In this document: in pieces, positions 23,386 through 35,019 of the stretch
Layout of the letters: the number at the start of each line of letters is the position of its first letter
How positions within the stretch are numbered: the stretch's first letter is position 1
From: Somniosus microcephalus
Taxonomy: Eukaryota
DNA length: 64,000 nucleotides
NCBI GenBank assembly: GCA_052327205.1
Contig: CM126211.1
Location: 176,948,001-177,012,000, forward strand
Reading direction: 5' to 3'
Program-made: the position numbers and the translations under genes
The notes under the pieces: model-generated
The model's input: the letters and a program-made list of their open reading frames with translations, nothing else
The model's database searches: none
What the model was told of the DNA's origin: nothing

Positions 23386-25699
23386 AGAGCTCCTGTTCAG
23401 AGGCCTTAGCTTTGGAGTGCGAGACAATGCATACATAAATGTGGATAGTGACTGCTGGTTGGTTTTAAAAGTAAAACCATTAAAAAAAAACTTGGGCTGC
23501 AAAAGGACAGAGATAACTACAGGAGGATTTTGGCTAATAATACATAAATCATACCATTTATTTTGCTTCAAATCCAATTGTATTATAATCTTATCCTTCC
23601 CAGATTTAGCTTTAAAAAAATAATCCAGCATATTCTGTAGCATTGCTTATAGCGAGTCAAGGGTTAGGTATGCTGTTGCCAGGTGAGCTGAGGTGGGTGA
23701 GGTTGTGGAGGAAGATGCTAGAGATTTGCAAATCTTCACTGAAAGGATTTATAAATAATTTGCAAGAGATCCGCTCAGAAACTGTGAAACAAGTGTTTTG
23801 TGAATAGTTCCTGGAAGAGACCCTAGCACTCTAGCTAGTAAATAAATGGCCAGTTCTCCAGGCCCGAATGGGAACCAAATTTTCCATGCCACTAGCTGCT
23901 CTCCACATTTAATACTCATCTGTTCTCCACATTTAATACTCATCTGTTCCACACAATTAAATCCTTTAAAATTCCATTCCCATTGCTGCCATTTTATTAA
24001 ATGACTCCCCTTATTTTTAAATACCCACCAATAACTCCAGTGCCTTCATAATGGCATTGCACTTCCTGCCTGCTCCTAGCTTTCAAAACCCTGTTTTCCA
24101 AAAAAACTTTTCCTCAAAATTCACATAAGCAAGGATGGACAGAAGGCACTATTCAATCTTCAAACAAATGGCCCAATCTTCCAATAAAGAAATAAATGCA
24201 TTCTTTAAAAGTTCCCCTTCCTCATCTTAGTACCAATAAATCCCATTAGCACTGCTGCTCTTTTATTAATCCCGATTAAAATGTTTAAATCTATAAAATG
24301 ATATTCTCACTGCTCCAAAAATTGCCCCATCTTCAAACTCAAATGCCCAGGAGGGAGAGAAGGGCCTTTGGATGGGCCAGTCACAGCCCAGTTATTTTGT
24401 GGGCCCAGGAGTAGCAGTGCACCCTTTTGCCACTTCCACACCCCTGAATCCTTCCTTGTAATAGCACAAGATCTGACTCACCTTGAGCAATAAGATGATC
24501 TGCTATATGATATTAAAGAAGTTGTATGTCTAGCATGTGCTGGTTCACCACAGTTCATTTCTGTGTCAAAACTTATTGAAATTATTTCAACAGCAATGAA
24601 CCACCACTTGGGTACATAACATGCAAGTCACCAAGTAAACATAAATTCAAAAAACGTAGGACCATCACATCTAACAGAAAGAGACCACCAGTCTGAACTG
24701 ATTTTTTTTTAAAAACCCACTGCATCACCCATTTTTAAATGCTTTCCTGTTGAAATACCCATGACCTTTCTTTATGACTTACCTACGGGCAATGATATAT
24801 GAAACGTTAGAAAACTACATAGATTCACATTCATGGATTTGTCTGCATATGCTCTCGACACTTTGTAAATTGGACAAGTCATTATGCTCAAGTCTTGTGA
24901 AAAATGCTTCACAAGATTTCTGCTACAGATTTATACATAACTTAAATATAGAAATGTATTTTCCAAGAACGTGCAAGAGTGTCTAGATTCTGCAGACTTA
25001 AGTGTGTATTGCTTTTGGCCTCAGAATGTTCCAAAGGCACACACGTATCAACTCAGGCCTTAGTAAATGTTGGGTGATTTGGCAAAAATGTACATATTTT
25101 AAAGAGAAACAGCTACTGTTTTGAACAGCGTGCACCAGTACTCATTTAGTTGATCATAATCTGCTCTGGATACAATATTATGGTTCCCAGCAATCCAAAG
25201 TAAAAATCTGAAATACCGCATTTAATCCAAAGGTGAATCCAACGCATTCTCACACTGGCCAAATACATAGGGCACAAACCAATATCCACAGGCTTTTTGA
25301 TAGTGACAGCCTGCCATACATTGAGGAATTTCTTCTCCTCATCCCGCCCCTCCAAAATAGTCAGCATTCCAACTTGGAGTGGAAGGGCACGTATTAGGTA
25401 CACAGTGGGATAAAGTTCATGTCAAAAGGTAGATACAGTACCATCAATTTCTTCCTTATTCTCCACATATCAAGTTATACTAAAGTAACACAAAAATTAG
25501 AGGTGGCAGATTCATCATTTGCCTTCAAGGCCAATGCAAAAGGAACATCTGGTCTAGAAGAGAAATCTGAACAGTATTGCTTAGCAAAAGAGGTTACTTC
25601 CATTTATGTTGTCACCTTGCAGTTTGATACTAAGGTGACTTTTTAAAACAATAGTCCAAATGATGACTCAATTTATCCAGTGAGGTTTTCAGATTCAAT

Positions 25700-25990
25700 A
25701 CCCAGTTTGATCAGTTAGTTGATACCTGTGGCAGCGGTAGGAGTGCTAAAATTAGCCTCAGTGTCTCCGCAAGCAGTGGAAAGGGCAACAACTTTTGATA
25801 GCAATCCACAACCTCTGCTGGAAGTCAATATATGTGGATACGGGGGAGGACAGAAATGGGCTCAACGCTGATGCCCCAGTAATCAATTAATCTGCTTACA
25901 CATGAATAATGGCCACTCAGGCAAGGCAACAGTGACCAGTGCCCTGGAAATATGCCCCAGCAAGAAGTCAATGCCTTTGAGAGAAGAAGA
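25700..25990 (+). mobile_element. Degraded SINE-like repeat, related copy at ~58980-59210 (-)
   Basis: Shared blocks GGACAG.A.TGGGCT and AATAA..GCCACT..GGCA in both copies; family unassigned. Confidence 0.4.
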
Positions 25991-26052
25991 AAATTGCTGA
26001 AGAAAGTACTTAAAGAAAAATGTAAAATGTAAAACACAAAACATTCCTTTAA

Positions 26053-26152
26053 TTAAAAACAGAAAATGCTGGAAATACACAGCAGGCCAGTCAACATCTG
26101 TAAAGAGAAAAGGCAAGTTAATGATTTGGGTGTACAACCTTCATCAGAACCA
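26053..26152. mobile_element. Penelope-like pseudo-LTR fragment
   Basis: AACAGAAAATGCTGGAAATACACAGCAGG...CTTCATCAGAAC; the minus strand retains the CTGATGA hammerhead core. Confidence 0.6.
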
Positions 26153-26529
26153 GAAACTAACATAGGAAGCATTTTAGTAAGGTTTGAAAGACAGAAAAAA
26201 CACCCAACATCTCCAGCACTCTGCTGCAGACATCACCTACATTACTTTGAAGCATTTGTGGCTATATAGAATTAATTAAATATATTGTATTATACAAGTA
26301 AACTAATTGTAACTGATATTTAATGGTATCCACATATTTCCATCTATGGGATGTAAATATTGTTCTTGGATTCACTCCCCATTGATCATATCTAGGTTTG
26401 ATGGATAAATTTAGTACCATTTAGAAGTATTTTTCCCAAAACGCTATCCTGTAAGCACAGGATAATTTGGTTAACTCACAATTAGGATGCAATTGTAAAC
26501 TTTGGTTACAGATATTTATCCAGAGTGTT

Positions 26530-26830
26530 TGCTTGGCTCAGTTGGTAGCACTCATCCAAGTCAGAACTAAGGAAGCGTTGCATTTTAGGAGACTACTTCC
26601 TTTAGACGAGGTCAAGGGCGAGGCCAAGGCCAAGTCTGTCTTCTCAGCAGTTCAAGTGAACATTAAATGTCCTAATATCCTGGAGAAGCAGGGAGTTCTC
26701 CTGGTGTCCTGGCCAACACCTCTTCAAAAAACATAAAACTGATAATTTTTCTCATTGTGTGGTTTTGCCGGACATAAATGCCTGCTGCATTTGTGTGCCG
26801 AATAGTCACTGCACTTCAACATAAATTCAG
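26530..26830 (+). mobile_element. Degraded Deu-domain SINE
   Basis: A-box-like TGGCTCAGTTGGTAGCA and GAAGCAGGGAGTTCTCCTGGTGTCCTGGCCAA shared with the copy at 56078. Confidence 0.6.
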
Positions 26831-28251
26831 AGAAATGTCGCAAAGCTCTTGAAGCTAAGAAATAAGGCATCTTTGCTGGTGTAGTAATGCTGGGCTTCAA
26901 ATAAGCCTTCCTCTGCTCATTTCCTGTAAATCAAGGGTTTGCCATCTCTGTAGAAATACAGAATCTAGCAGATTATAGGGGCAAAACCAATGCACGGTGT
27001 CAAAGAAACAAATATCTTTTGCAGTACCTAGAAGCTTGGCATCAGGTCATGGTCTGTAAATTCCTTACATGCTATTGAGGTTTGAATAGCTGCCACATGT
27101 AGACACACAAACAGCAACTTGTATTGAAATATCGTTTGAATGCAACACCTCAGCTAAGTTTTCAAAAGGTTCTGATTCGCAAATAGTACCCTCCGGCACT
27201 GCATTTGACACTAAGCTAGTCATTGGATCAGTCTTTTGATTTTTCTCATCTCCAGTCTAGGCATAAAACTAATCCATATCTAGTCATGGTATCACTATTG
27301 ATAACTTCATGAATCATAACGGCACAGAAGGAGGCCATTCGGCCCATCAAGTCCGTGCCGGCTCTCTGTAGAGCAGTCCAGTCAGTCTCATTCCCTCGCT
27401 CTATCCCCGTAGTCCTGCAAGTTTATTTCCCTCAAGTGCCTATCCAGTCTCCCCTTGAAAACATTGAGTGTCTCCGCTTCCACCACTTCCGTCAGCAGCG
27501 AGTTCCAGGTCCACAACACTCGCTGCGTAAAAATGTTTTTCTTCACGTCCCCCCCGTATCTCTTGGCCAAAACCTTAAATCTGTGTCCCCTAGTCCTTGT
27601 ACAATCAACTAATGGGAACAGCCTTTCCCCGTCTAGCCTATCCAAACACGTCATAATCTTCTACAGCTCTATCAAATCACCTCTCAACCTCCTTTGCTCT
27701 AATGAAAACAAATTCAGCTTCTCCAACCTGTCCTTGTAGCGAAGATACCCTATCCCCAGAACCATTCTGGTAAATCTCCTCTGCACCCTCTCAAGGGCCT
27801 TCACATCCTTCCTAAAGTGTGGAGACCAGAACTGGACGCAATACTCCAGTTGAGGCCTAACCAGCACTTTATAAAGGTTCAGCATAACTTCTCTACTTTT
27901 GTACGAATACCTCTATTTATGAAGCCCAAGATCCCATATGCTTTGCTAACCACTCTCTCAATATGTCCTGCCACCTTCAGGGACCTATGCACATTAACTC
28001 CCAGGTCCCTCTGTCCCTGCACACTCTTTAAAACTGTGCCATTAAGTGTATATTGCCTCTCCCTGTTCCTTCTGTCAAAATGCATCACCTCACACGTCTC
28101 TGTATTAAATTCCATCTGCCACTTGTCTGCCCATTCTGCTAGCCTTTCTATGTCCTGTTGCAGTCGATTGATATCATCCTCACTGTTTGCCACACCCCCA
28201 AGTTTGGTGTCATCGGAAAATTTAGAAATTCTACTCTGTATTCCAATATCC

Positions 28252-28465
28252 TCTTCTTCTTAGGCAGTCCCTCGGAACTGAGGATGACTTGCTTCCACAT
28301 TAAAAATGAGTTCGCAGGTGACTGATGAGTCCAATGCGGGACTTACAGTCTCTGTCACAGGTGGGGTAGACGGTGGTTGAAGGGGCGGGTGGGTGGGGTG
28401 CTTGGGTTCACGTGCGCTCCTTGCGCCGCCTGCGCTTGGCTTCCGCTTGCTCCCAGCAAAGAGAC
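28252..28465 (-). mobile_element. RTE 3' fragment
   Basis: Highly similar to 668-880; 10-bp TSD TCCAATATCC at 28242-28251 and 28466-28475. Confidence 0.92.
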
Positions 28466-29047
28466 TCCAATATCCAGGTCATTTTTATATATCAAAAAAA
28501 GCAGTGGCCCCAGCACTTACCATCCTCCAGTCTGAAAAACAGCCATTTACCACAACTCGCTGTTTCTGTCCTTAAGCCAATTCCTTATCCAAGCTGCCAC
28601 TGACCCAACTATTCCACGAGCCTAAATTTTGTTAACCAGCCTTTTACGTGGTACTTTGTCAAACGCCTTCACAAAATCCATGTAGAAAACATCAATTGCA
28701 TTCCCTTCATCAATCATCCCCGTTACTTCATCAAAAATTTCAATTAGATTAGTCAAACGCAATCTGCCTTTTACAAATCAGTGTTGGCTCTCCTTAATTA
28801 GCTTAAACCTCTCCAAGTGCCCATTAATTTTTTCCTGGATTATGGTTTCTAAAACTTTACCCACCACTGATGTTAAACTGACCGGCCTGCAGTTACTAGG
28901 ATTGTCCTTACACCCTTTCTTGAACAATGGTGTCACAATTGCCACTTTCCAATCCTCAGGCACCTCCCCCGCATCTGGGGAAGATTGGAAAATTATGGCA
29001 AGCCCTTCCACTATCTCCTCCCCCAATTCCCTTAGCAACCTGGGATG

Positions 29048-29281
29048 TGATGCGCTATCAATTACTCAAAAGACTGAGGTTAAGCGAGTAACTAACAGGC
29101 TTTTATTAACAAGAGAATGAAGGTGTGCCTCGAGTGGTCGACCAGTCCAGAATACAGAGGGACTGTGGAGCAGTCACCTTTATACCTGGACTCGTGGGAG
29201 GAGTCAGCCGAGGCATGTACAGACATGTACACAGTGGAATACAAACACACACACACGCAGGTATAACAGTGGTTTACCACA
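29048..29281 (-). mobile_element. Solo LTR, Gypsy-like (234 bp)
   Basis: Minus strand reads TGTGGTA...GCATCA; 5-bp TSD GGATG at 29043-29047 and 29282-29286; AATAAA on the minus strand at ~29102. Confidence 0.85.
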
Positions 29282-29846
29282 GGATGCAAGCTACCTGGAC
29301 CAGGCGACTTGTCCACTCTAAGCATACCCAGCCTTTCTAGTACATCCTGTCTATCAATTCTACTCTCATACTCTCTCTTTTCCAATCTTATTTTCATCTT
29401 CACTTCCCCTCTCAACTTATTGCATTTGGTCTGGTTCTCCCTTGAAGAATTCACCTGACATTTTTTGTTTCATCATCTTCTCAATCTCCCTCATCATCCA
29501 AGGAACCCTTGCTTTGGTTCCCTTACCCTTCCCTCTTGTTGGAATGTACCTAGCCGGTACTTGGAACATCTCCTCCTTAAAGATCACCCATTGTTCCATT
29601 ACAGTTTTTCCTGTCTATGGTTCCATTTTACCCTGGCTGGATTCTTTCGCATCCCATTGAAGTTAGCCCTATTCCAATTTAGAAGTTCCACTCTTTTCCT
29701 TCCTCCTCTCCATTACTAATCTAAATCTTATGATACGATGATCACCCGTACCCAAGTGTTCTCCCACAGACACTTGGTCGACCTAGCCCACCTCATTCCC
29801 CAGCACCAGATCCAGCAATGCCTCCTTCCTAGTTGGACCAAGAACA

Positions 29847-30168
29847 GGGGGCAGACACGGTGGCATAGTGGTTAGCACTGTTGCCTCACAGCACCAGGGA
29901 CCCAGGTTCGAATCCGGCCTCGGGCGACTGTCTGTGTGGAGTTTGCACATTCTCCCCGTGTTTGCGTGGGTTTCCTCCGGGTGCTCCGGTTTCCTCCCAC
30001 AGTCCAAAGATGTGCGGGTTAGGTTGATTGGCTATGATAAATTGACCCTTAGTGTTAGGGGGATTAAATATGTGGGGTTACGGGGATCGGGTGGGATATG
30101 TGTCGGTGCAGGCTCGATGGGCCGAAATGGCCTCTATCTGCACTGTGGGGTTTCTGTGATTTCTGTGA
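29847..30168 (+). mobile_element. V-SINE (HE1-like, tRNA-derived)
   Basis: A box TGGCATAGTGG, B box GGTTCGAATCC, V-domain TGTGTGGAGTTTGCACATTCTCCCCGTG..GGGTTTCCTCCGGGTGCTCCGGTTTCCTCCCAC, and a CR1-type (TTCTGTGAT)n tail. Confidence 0.92.
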
Positions 30169-30211
30169 TACTGGTCAAGGAAATTCTCCTGAACACATTT
30201 CAGAAATCCTT

Positions 30212-30830
30212 GCCCCTCCTTTATCTTGGCGACATTATCCGAAAACCCAGCATCAGTTTCCACATGTACGCGGACGACAACCAGCACTACCTCACTACTT
30301 CTTCTCTCGACCCCTCCGTGGTGTCTAAATTGTCAGACTGCTTGCCCAACATACACTTCTGGCTGGCCTCCCACATTTCACCCTACGTAGAGGTCATCCA
30401 AAATCGGTTGCCCATGTCCTAACTCGCACCAAGTCCCGTTCGCCCATCACCCTTGTGCTCGCTGACCTACAGTGGCTCCTGGTTAAGCAGTGCCTCGATT
30501 TCAAAATTCTCATCCTTGTTTTCAAATCCCTCCATGGCCTCACCCCTTCCTATCTCTAAACTCCTTCAGCCACCACCAGCCCCCACCCCGCAAGATATCT
30601 GCGCTCCTCTAATTCTGCCCTCTTGAGGATCCCTGATTATAATCGCCCAACCATTGGTGGCCATGCCTTCTGTTGCCTAGGCCCCAAGCTCTGGAATTCC
30701 CTGCCTAAACCGGTCCGCCTTGGTATCTCTCTTTCCTCCTTTAAGATGCTCCTTAAAACCTGCCTCTTTCAGCTTTTGGTCACCTGCCCTAATTTATCCT
30801 TGTGGATCAGCGTTAAGTTTTTTGCCTTAA
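30212..30830 (+). mobile_element. L2 LINE 3' fragment
   Basis: GDIIRK.SISFHMYADD, HITLVLADL.WL and GGHAFCCLGPKLWNSLP motifs. Confidence 0.8.
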
Positions 30831-31580
30831 AATACTCCTGTACTATATGACTACAAGTTGATGATGTTGTCCTAGCATTATCCCAATTGATATTTGGGTA
30901 ATTAAAGTCCCCCAATGTCACCACTCTATAGTTCTTGCATATCTCTGCGATTTCCCTGCAGATTTGCTCCTCCATCTCCCTCTCACTATTTGGAGGCCTG
31001 TAGAATACCCCCCGATAGTATGATCATACCCTTTTTGCTCCTCAACTCTAACCAAATGGATTCTGTCCTTGTCCCCTCAAGAACATCCTCCCTTTCAAAC
31101 ACTACAATGTCTTCCTTAATCAGCACTGCCACCCCACCTCCCTTTTTACCTTCCCTATCTTTTCTGAATAACTTGTACCCTTGAATATTAAGTGCAAAGT
31201 CCTCACCGTTTTTAAGCCACGTTTCCGTTATTGCCACACGGCTAATTGTGCTTGTAGCTCACCAACCTTATTCACCACACTTTGTGTTTACGTACATTCA
31301 TTCCAAACCATTTTTGAATTTTTCGTAGTCTGTCTTAGTCTGCTCCTATCTAATATAAGAACATAAGAAATAGGAGCAGGAGTAGGCCAATCGGCCCCTC
31401 GAGCCTGCTCCGCCATTCAATAAGATCATGGCTGATCTGATCCTAACCGCCAATCCACTATCACAGAACCATCTCCTGAATCTAACAGAATTAGACACAT
31501 GAAATAGGAGCAGGGTCAGGCTACACGGCCCCTGGGCCCGCTCCGCTACCCACAGGGCCATGACCGATCCGAACCTAGAC

Positions 31581-33107
31581 TCATGTCCAAATTCCTGCCC
31601 GCTCCCCGTAACCCTTAATTCCCTTTACTTCTAGGAAACTGTCTATTTCTGTTTTAAATTTATGTAATGATGTAGCTTCTACAGCTTTTTGGGGCAGCAT
31701 ATTCCATGGACCTACCACCCTCTGAGTGAAGTAGTTCCTCCTCATCTCAGTTTTGAAAGAGCAGCCCCTTATTCTAAGACTATGCCCCCTAGTTCTAGTT
31801 TCACCCATCATCGGGAACATCCTCCCCGCATCCACCCAATCCAACCCCTTCACAATCTTATATGTTTCAATAAGATCGCCTCTCATTCTTCTGAACTCCA
31901 ATGAGTAGAGTCCCAATCTACTCAACCTCTCCTCATATGTCCATCCCCTCATCCCCGGGATTAACCGAGTGAACCTTCTTTGTACTGACTCGAGAGCAAG
32001 TATGTCCTTTCTTAAGTATGGACACCAAAACTGTACGCAGTATTCCAGGTGCGGTCTCACCAATACCTTGTACAACTGAAGCAATACCTCCCTATTTTTA
32101 TATTCTATCCCCCTAGCAATGAAAGCCAACATTCCATTGGCCTTCTTAATCACTTCCTGCACCTGCATACTAACCTTTTGAGTTTCGTGCACCAGGACCC
32201 CCAGATCCCTTTGTACTTCAGTACTTTCCAGTTTCTTGCCATTAAGATAATAACTTGCTCTACGATTTTTCCTGCCAAAGTGCATAACCTCACACTTTCC
32301 AGTATTGTATTCCATCTGCCAAATCTCTGCCCACTTACTTAGCCTGTCTATGTCCCCTTGCAGGTTTTTTATGTCCTCCTCACTCACTACTTTCCCTCCC
32401 ATCTTAGTATCATCTGCAAACTTTGATATGTTACACTCGGTCCCCTCCTCCAAATCGTTAATATAGATTGTAAAGAGTTGGGGACCCAGCACTGACCCCT
32501 GCGGAACACCACTAGTTACTGATTGCCAGTCTGAGAATGAACCATTTATCCCAACTCTCTGCCTTCTGTTAGATAGCCAATCCTCTATCCATGCCAGAAT
32601 ATTACCCCCAATCCTGTGATTTTTTATCTTAAGCAATAATCTTTTGTGTGGCACCTTGTCAAATGCCTTTTGGAAGTCTAAATACACTACGTCCACTGGT
32701 TCCCCTTTATCCACCCTATATGTTACTTCCTCAAAGAACTCCAGCAAATTTGTCAAACATGACTTCCCCTTCATAAAACCATGCTGACTTTGTCCTATTA
32801 AATTATGATTATCCAAATGTCCTGTTACTGTCTCCTTAATAATGGACTCCAAAATTTTACCTACCACAGATGTTAGGCTAACCGGTCTATAGTTTCCAGC
32901 CTTCTGTCTACTGCCCTTTTTAAATAAGGGTGTTACATTAGCAGTTTTCCAGTCTGCCGGGACCTTTGCTGAGTCCAGGGAGTTTTGAAAAATTATTACT
33001 AATGCATCCACAATCCCTACTGCCACTTCCCTCAAGACCCTAGGATGTAAGCCATCAGGTCCAGGTGATTTATCCGCCTTGAGTCCCATTATTTTACCGA
33101 GTACCAC
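31581..33107 (-). CDS. CR1 ORF2 reverse transcriptase portion (uninterrupted 508 aa)
   Basis: [42 protein letters not shown] and RDLGV all in one frame. Confidence 0.9.
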   Translation of the reverse strand: MVLGKIMGLKADKSPGPDGLHPRVLREVAVGIVDALVIIFQNSLDSAKVPADWKTANVTPLFKKGSRQKAGNYRPVSLTSVVGKILESIIKETVTGHLDNHNLIGQSQHGFMKGKSCLTNLLEFFEEVTYRVDKGEPVDVVYLDFQKAFDKVPHKRLLLKIKNHRIGGNILAWIEDWLSNRRQRVGINGSFSDWQSVTSGVPQGSVLGPQLFTIYINDLEEGTECNISKFADDTKMGGKVVSEEDIKNLQGDIDRLSKWAEIWQMEYNTGKCEVMHFGRKNRRASYYLNGKKLESTEVQRDLGVLVHETQKVSMQVQEVIKKANGMLAFIARGIEYKNREVLLQLYKVLVRPHLEYCVQFWCPYLRKDILALESVQRRFTRLIPGMRGWTYEERLSRLGLYSLEFRRMRGDLIETYKIVKGLDWVDAGRMFPMMGETRTRGHSLRIRGCSFKTEMRRNYFTQRVVGPWNMLPQKAVEATSLHKFKTEIDSFLEVKGIKGYGERAGIWT

Positions 33108-33189
33108 TTCCTTAGTGATTTTGATCGTGTTTAGCTCCTCCCCCCCGTTTAGCCCCGTTTGTCCAGTGTTGGGATATTCTTAGTGTCTT

Positions 33190-34497
33190 CTACTGTAAAG
33201 ACTGATATAAAATATTCAGTGTTTTCCCGGTCTCATCCTTTAAGGGACCAACATTTACTTTAGCCACCCTTTTTCTTTTTATATAACTATAAAAACTCTT
33301 ACTATCTGTTTTTATATTTTTTGCTAATTTACTTTCATAATCTATCTTCCCTTTCTTAATCAATCTTTTTGTTATTTTTTGCTGTCTTTTAAAGTTTTCC
33401 CAATCCTCTATCCTCCCACTAGATTTGGCTACCTTATATGCCCTTGTTTTTAGTCGAATACTATCCTTAATTTCTTTACTTAGCCACAGATGGCTGTCTT
33501 TACTTTTACACCCTTTTCTTCTCAGTGGAATATATATTTTTTGGAAGTTGTAAAATAACTCCTTAAATGTACACCACTGATCATGTATCGTCTTACCCTT
33601 TAATCTATTTTCCCAATCCACTCTACTCAATTCCGCTCTCATACCTTCATAGCCTCCTTTATTCAAGCTTAGCACACTTGTTTGAGATCCAACCTTCTCA
33701 CCCTCTAATTGAATATGGAATTCAACCATGTTATGGTCACTCATTCCAAGGGGATCCTTTACTAGGACATTTTTAATTAATCCTGTCTCGTTACACAGGG
33801 CCAGATCTAAGGTTGCTTGCCCCCTGGTCGGTTCAGTTACATACTGCTCAAGAAACCCATCCCTAATACACTCAATGAACTCATCCTCAAGGCAGCCCTG
33901 CCCAATTTGATTTGTCCAATTAATATGATAGTTAAAATCCCCCATAATTATAGATGTTCCCTTATTACAAGCCTCAACTATTTCCTGATTGATACGCCGT
34001 CCAACAGAGTTGCAACTGTTCGGAGGCCTATAGACTACGCCCACTAGTGTTTTTTTCCCCTTATTATTCCTTATCTCCACCCAAACTGTTTCATTATCCT
34101 GATCTTTTGACCCAATATCATTTCTCTGTATTACAGTGATTCCTTCCTTTATTAACATAGCCACCCCACCTCCCCTTCCTTCCTGCCTGTCCTTCCTGAT
34201 CGTTAAATAACCTGGTATGTTTAATTCCCAGGCATTGTCACCCTGCAGCCATGTTTCTGTAATGGCCACAAGATCATACCCATATGTAGTTATTTGTGCC
34301 ATTAACTCGTCTATTTTGTTACGAATGCTACGTGCATTCAGATAGAGAACTTTCAAAGATGTTTTGTGATACTTAGTTCCTGCTTTTGCCCTTTTTATTA
34401 CTTTACCTTTTACTCCATACCTTCTGCCCCTTCCTGACACGCTCTGGTTTTTCATTTCCCCACTGCTACCTAAGTCTATGACCTTCTCTGTTGTCAT
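33190..34497 (-). CDS. CR1 ORF2 APE endonuclease and linker (frameshifted from the RT)
   Basis: YLNARS, AITETWL, GGGVA, VYRPP, GDFN, LDL and SDH APE motifs. Confidence 0.88.
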   Translation of the reverse strand: MTTEKVIDLGSSGEMKNQSVSGRGRRYGVKGKVIKRAKAGTKYHKTSLKVLYLNARSIRNKIDELMAQITTYGYDLVAITETWLQGDNAWELNIPGYLTIRKDRQEGRGGGVAMLIKEGITVIQRNDIGSKDQDNETVWVEIRNNKGKKTLVGVVYRPPNSCNSVGRRINQEIVEACNKGTSIIMGDFNYHINWTNQIGQGCLEDEFIECIRDGFLEQYVTEPTRGQATLDLALCNETGLIKNVLVKDPLGMSDHNMVEFHIQLEGEKVGSQTSVLSLNKGGYEGMRAELSRVDWENRLKGKTIHDQWCTFKELFYNFQKIYIPLRRKGCKSKDSHLWLSKEIKDSIRLKTRAYKVAKSSGRIEDWENFKRQQKITKRLIKKGKIDYESKLAKNIKTDSKSFYSYIKRKRVAKVNVGPLKDETGKTLNILYQSLQ

Positions 34498-34626
34498 TTT
34501 TATTATTTGCTCTCTAGGAACCTCCCCCCCACTACTGTGGTACTACTACTACCCAAACACTCTCTCTTTTATGCACCTTATTCCTCTTTTCTACTCCTAT
34601 ATGCTGGTGCCCATCCCCCTGCCAAG

Positions 34627-35015
34627 CTAGTTTAAACCCTCCCCAACAGTACTAACAAATCTCCCCGCGAGAATATTGGTCCCGGCTCTGTTGAAGTGTA
34701 ACCCATCCGGCTTGTACAAGTACCTTCCCCAGAAACAGTCCCAATGCCTCAGGAATCTAAAGCCCTCCCTCCCGCACCATCTCTCCAGCCACGCATTCAT
34801 CTGTTCTATCCTCCTATTCCTGTACTCACTAGCACATGGCACCGGGAGTAATCCAGGGATTACTACCTTTGAGGTCCTGCTTTTTAATCTCTCTCCTAGC
34901 TTCCGAAACTCTGCCTGCAGGACCTAATCTCTTTCTGCCTGTGTCGTTGGTACCGATATGGACAACGACCTCTGGCTGATCACCCTTCCCCCTCAGAGGG
35001 TCCTGCAGCTGCTCA
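34627..35015 (-). pseudogene. CR1 ORF1 C-terminal SGNH/GDSL esterase fragment
   Basis: VVVHIGTND and LYKPDGLHFNRAG motifs typical of the CR1 ORF1 esterase. Confidence 0.8.
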
Positions 35016-35019
35016 GTGA

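Larger units (their letters stand above)
27310..31350 (-). mobile_element. Long CR1 LINE (EN to RT to tail) carrying nested RTE, solo LTR, V-SINE and L2
   Basis: AITETWL and GGGVA (30986..31237), GDFNYP, LLDLVLGNE, then RT motifs in 28778.., 27879.., 27661.. and 27388... Confidence 0.92.
31353..34500 (-). mobile_element. Young CR1 LINE with near-complete ORF2
   Basis: APE endonuclease ORF 33190..34497 and RT ORF 31581..33107, separated by one small deletion/frameshift near 33220; tandem 3' tails at 31353-31580. Confidence 0.95.

Noticed and set aside
29847-29925. tRNA-like A and B boxes (also at 56078)
   Set aside because: These are SINE heads continuing into V or Deu domains, not tRNA genes.
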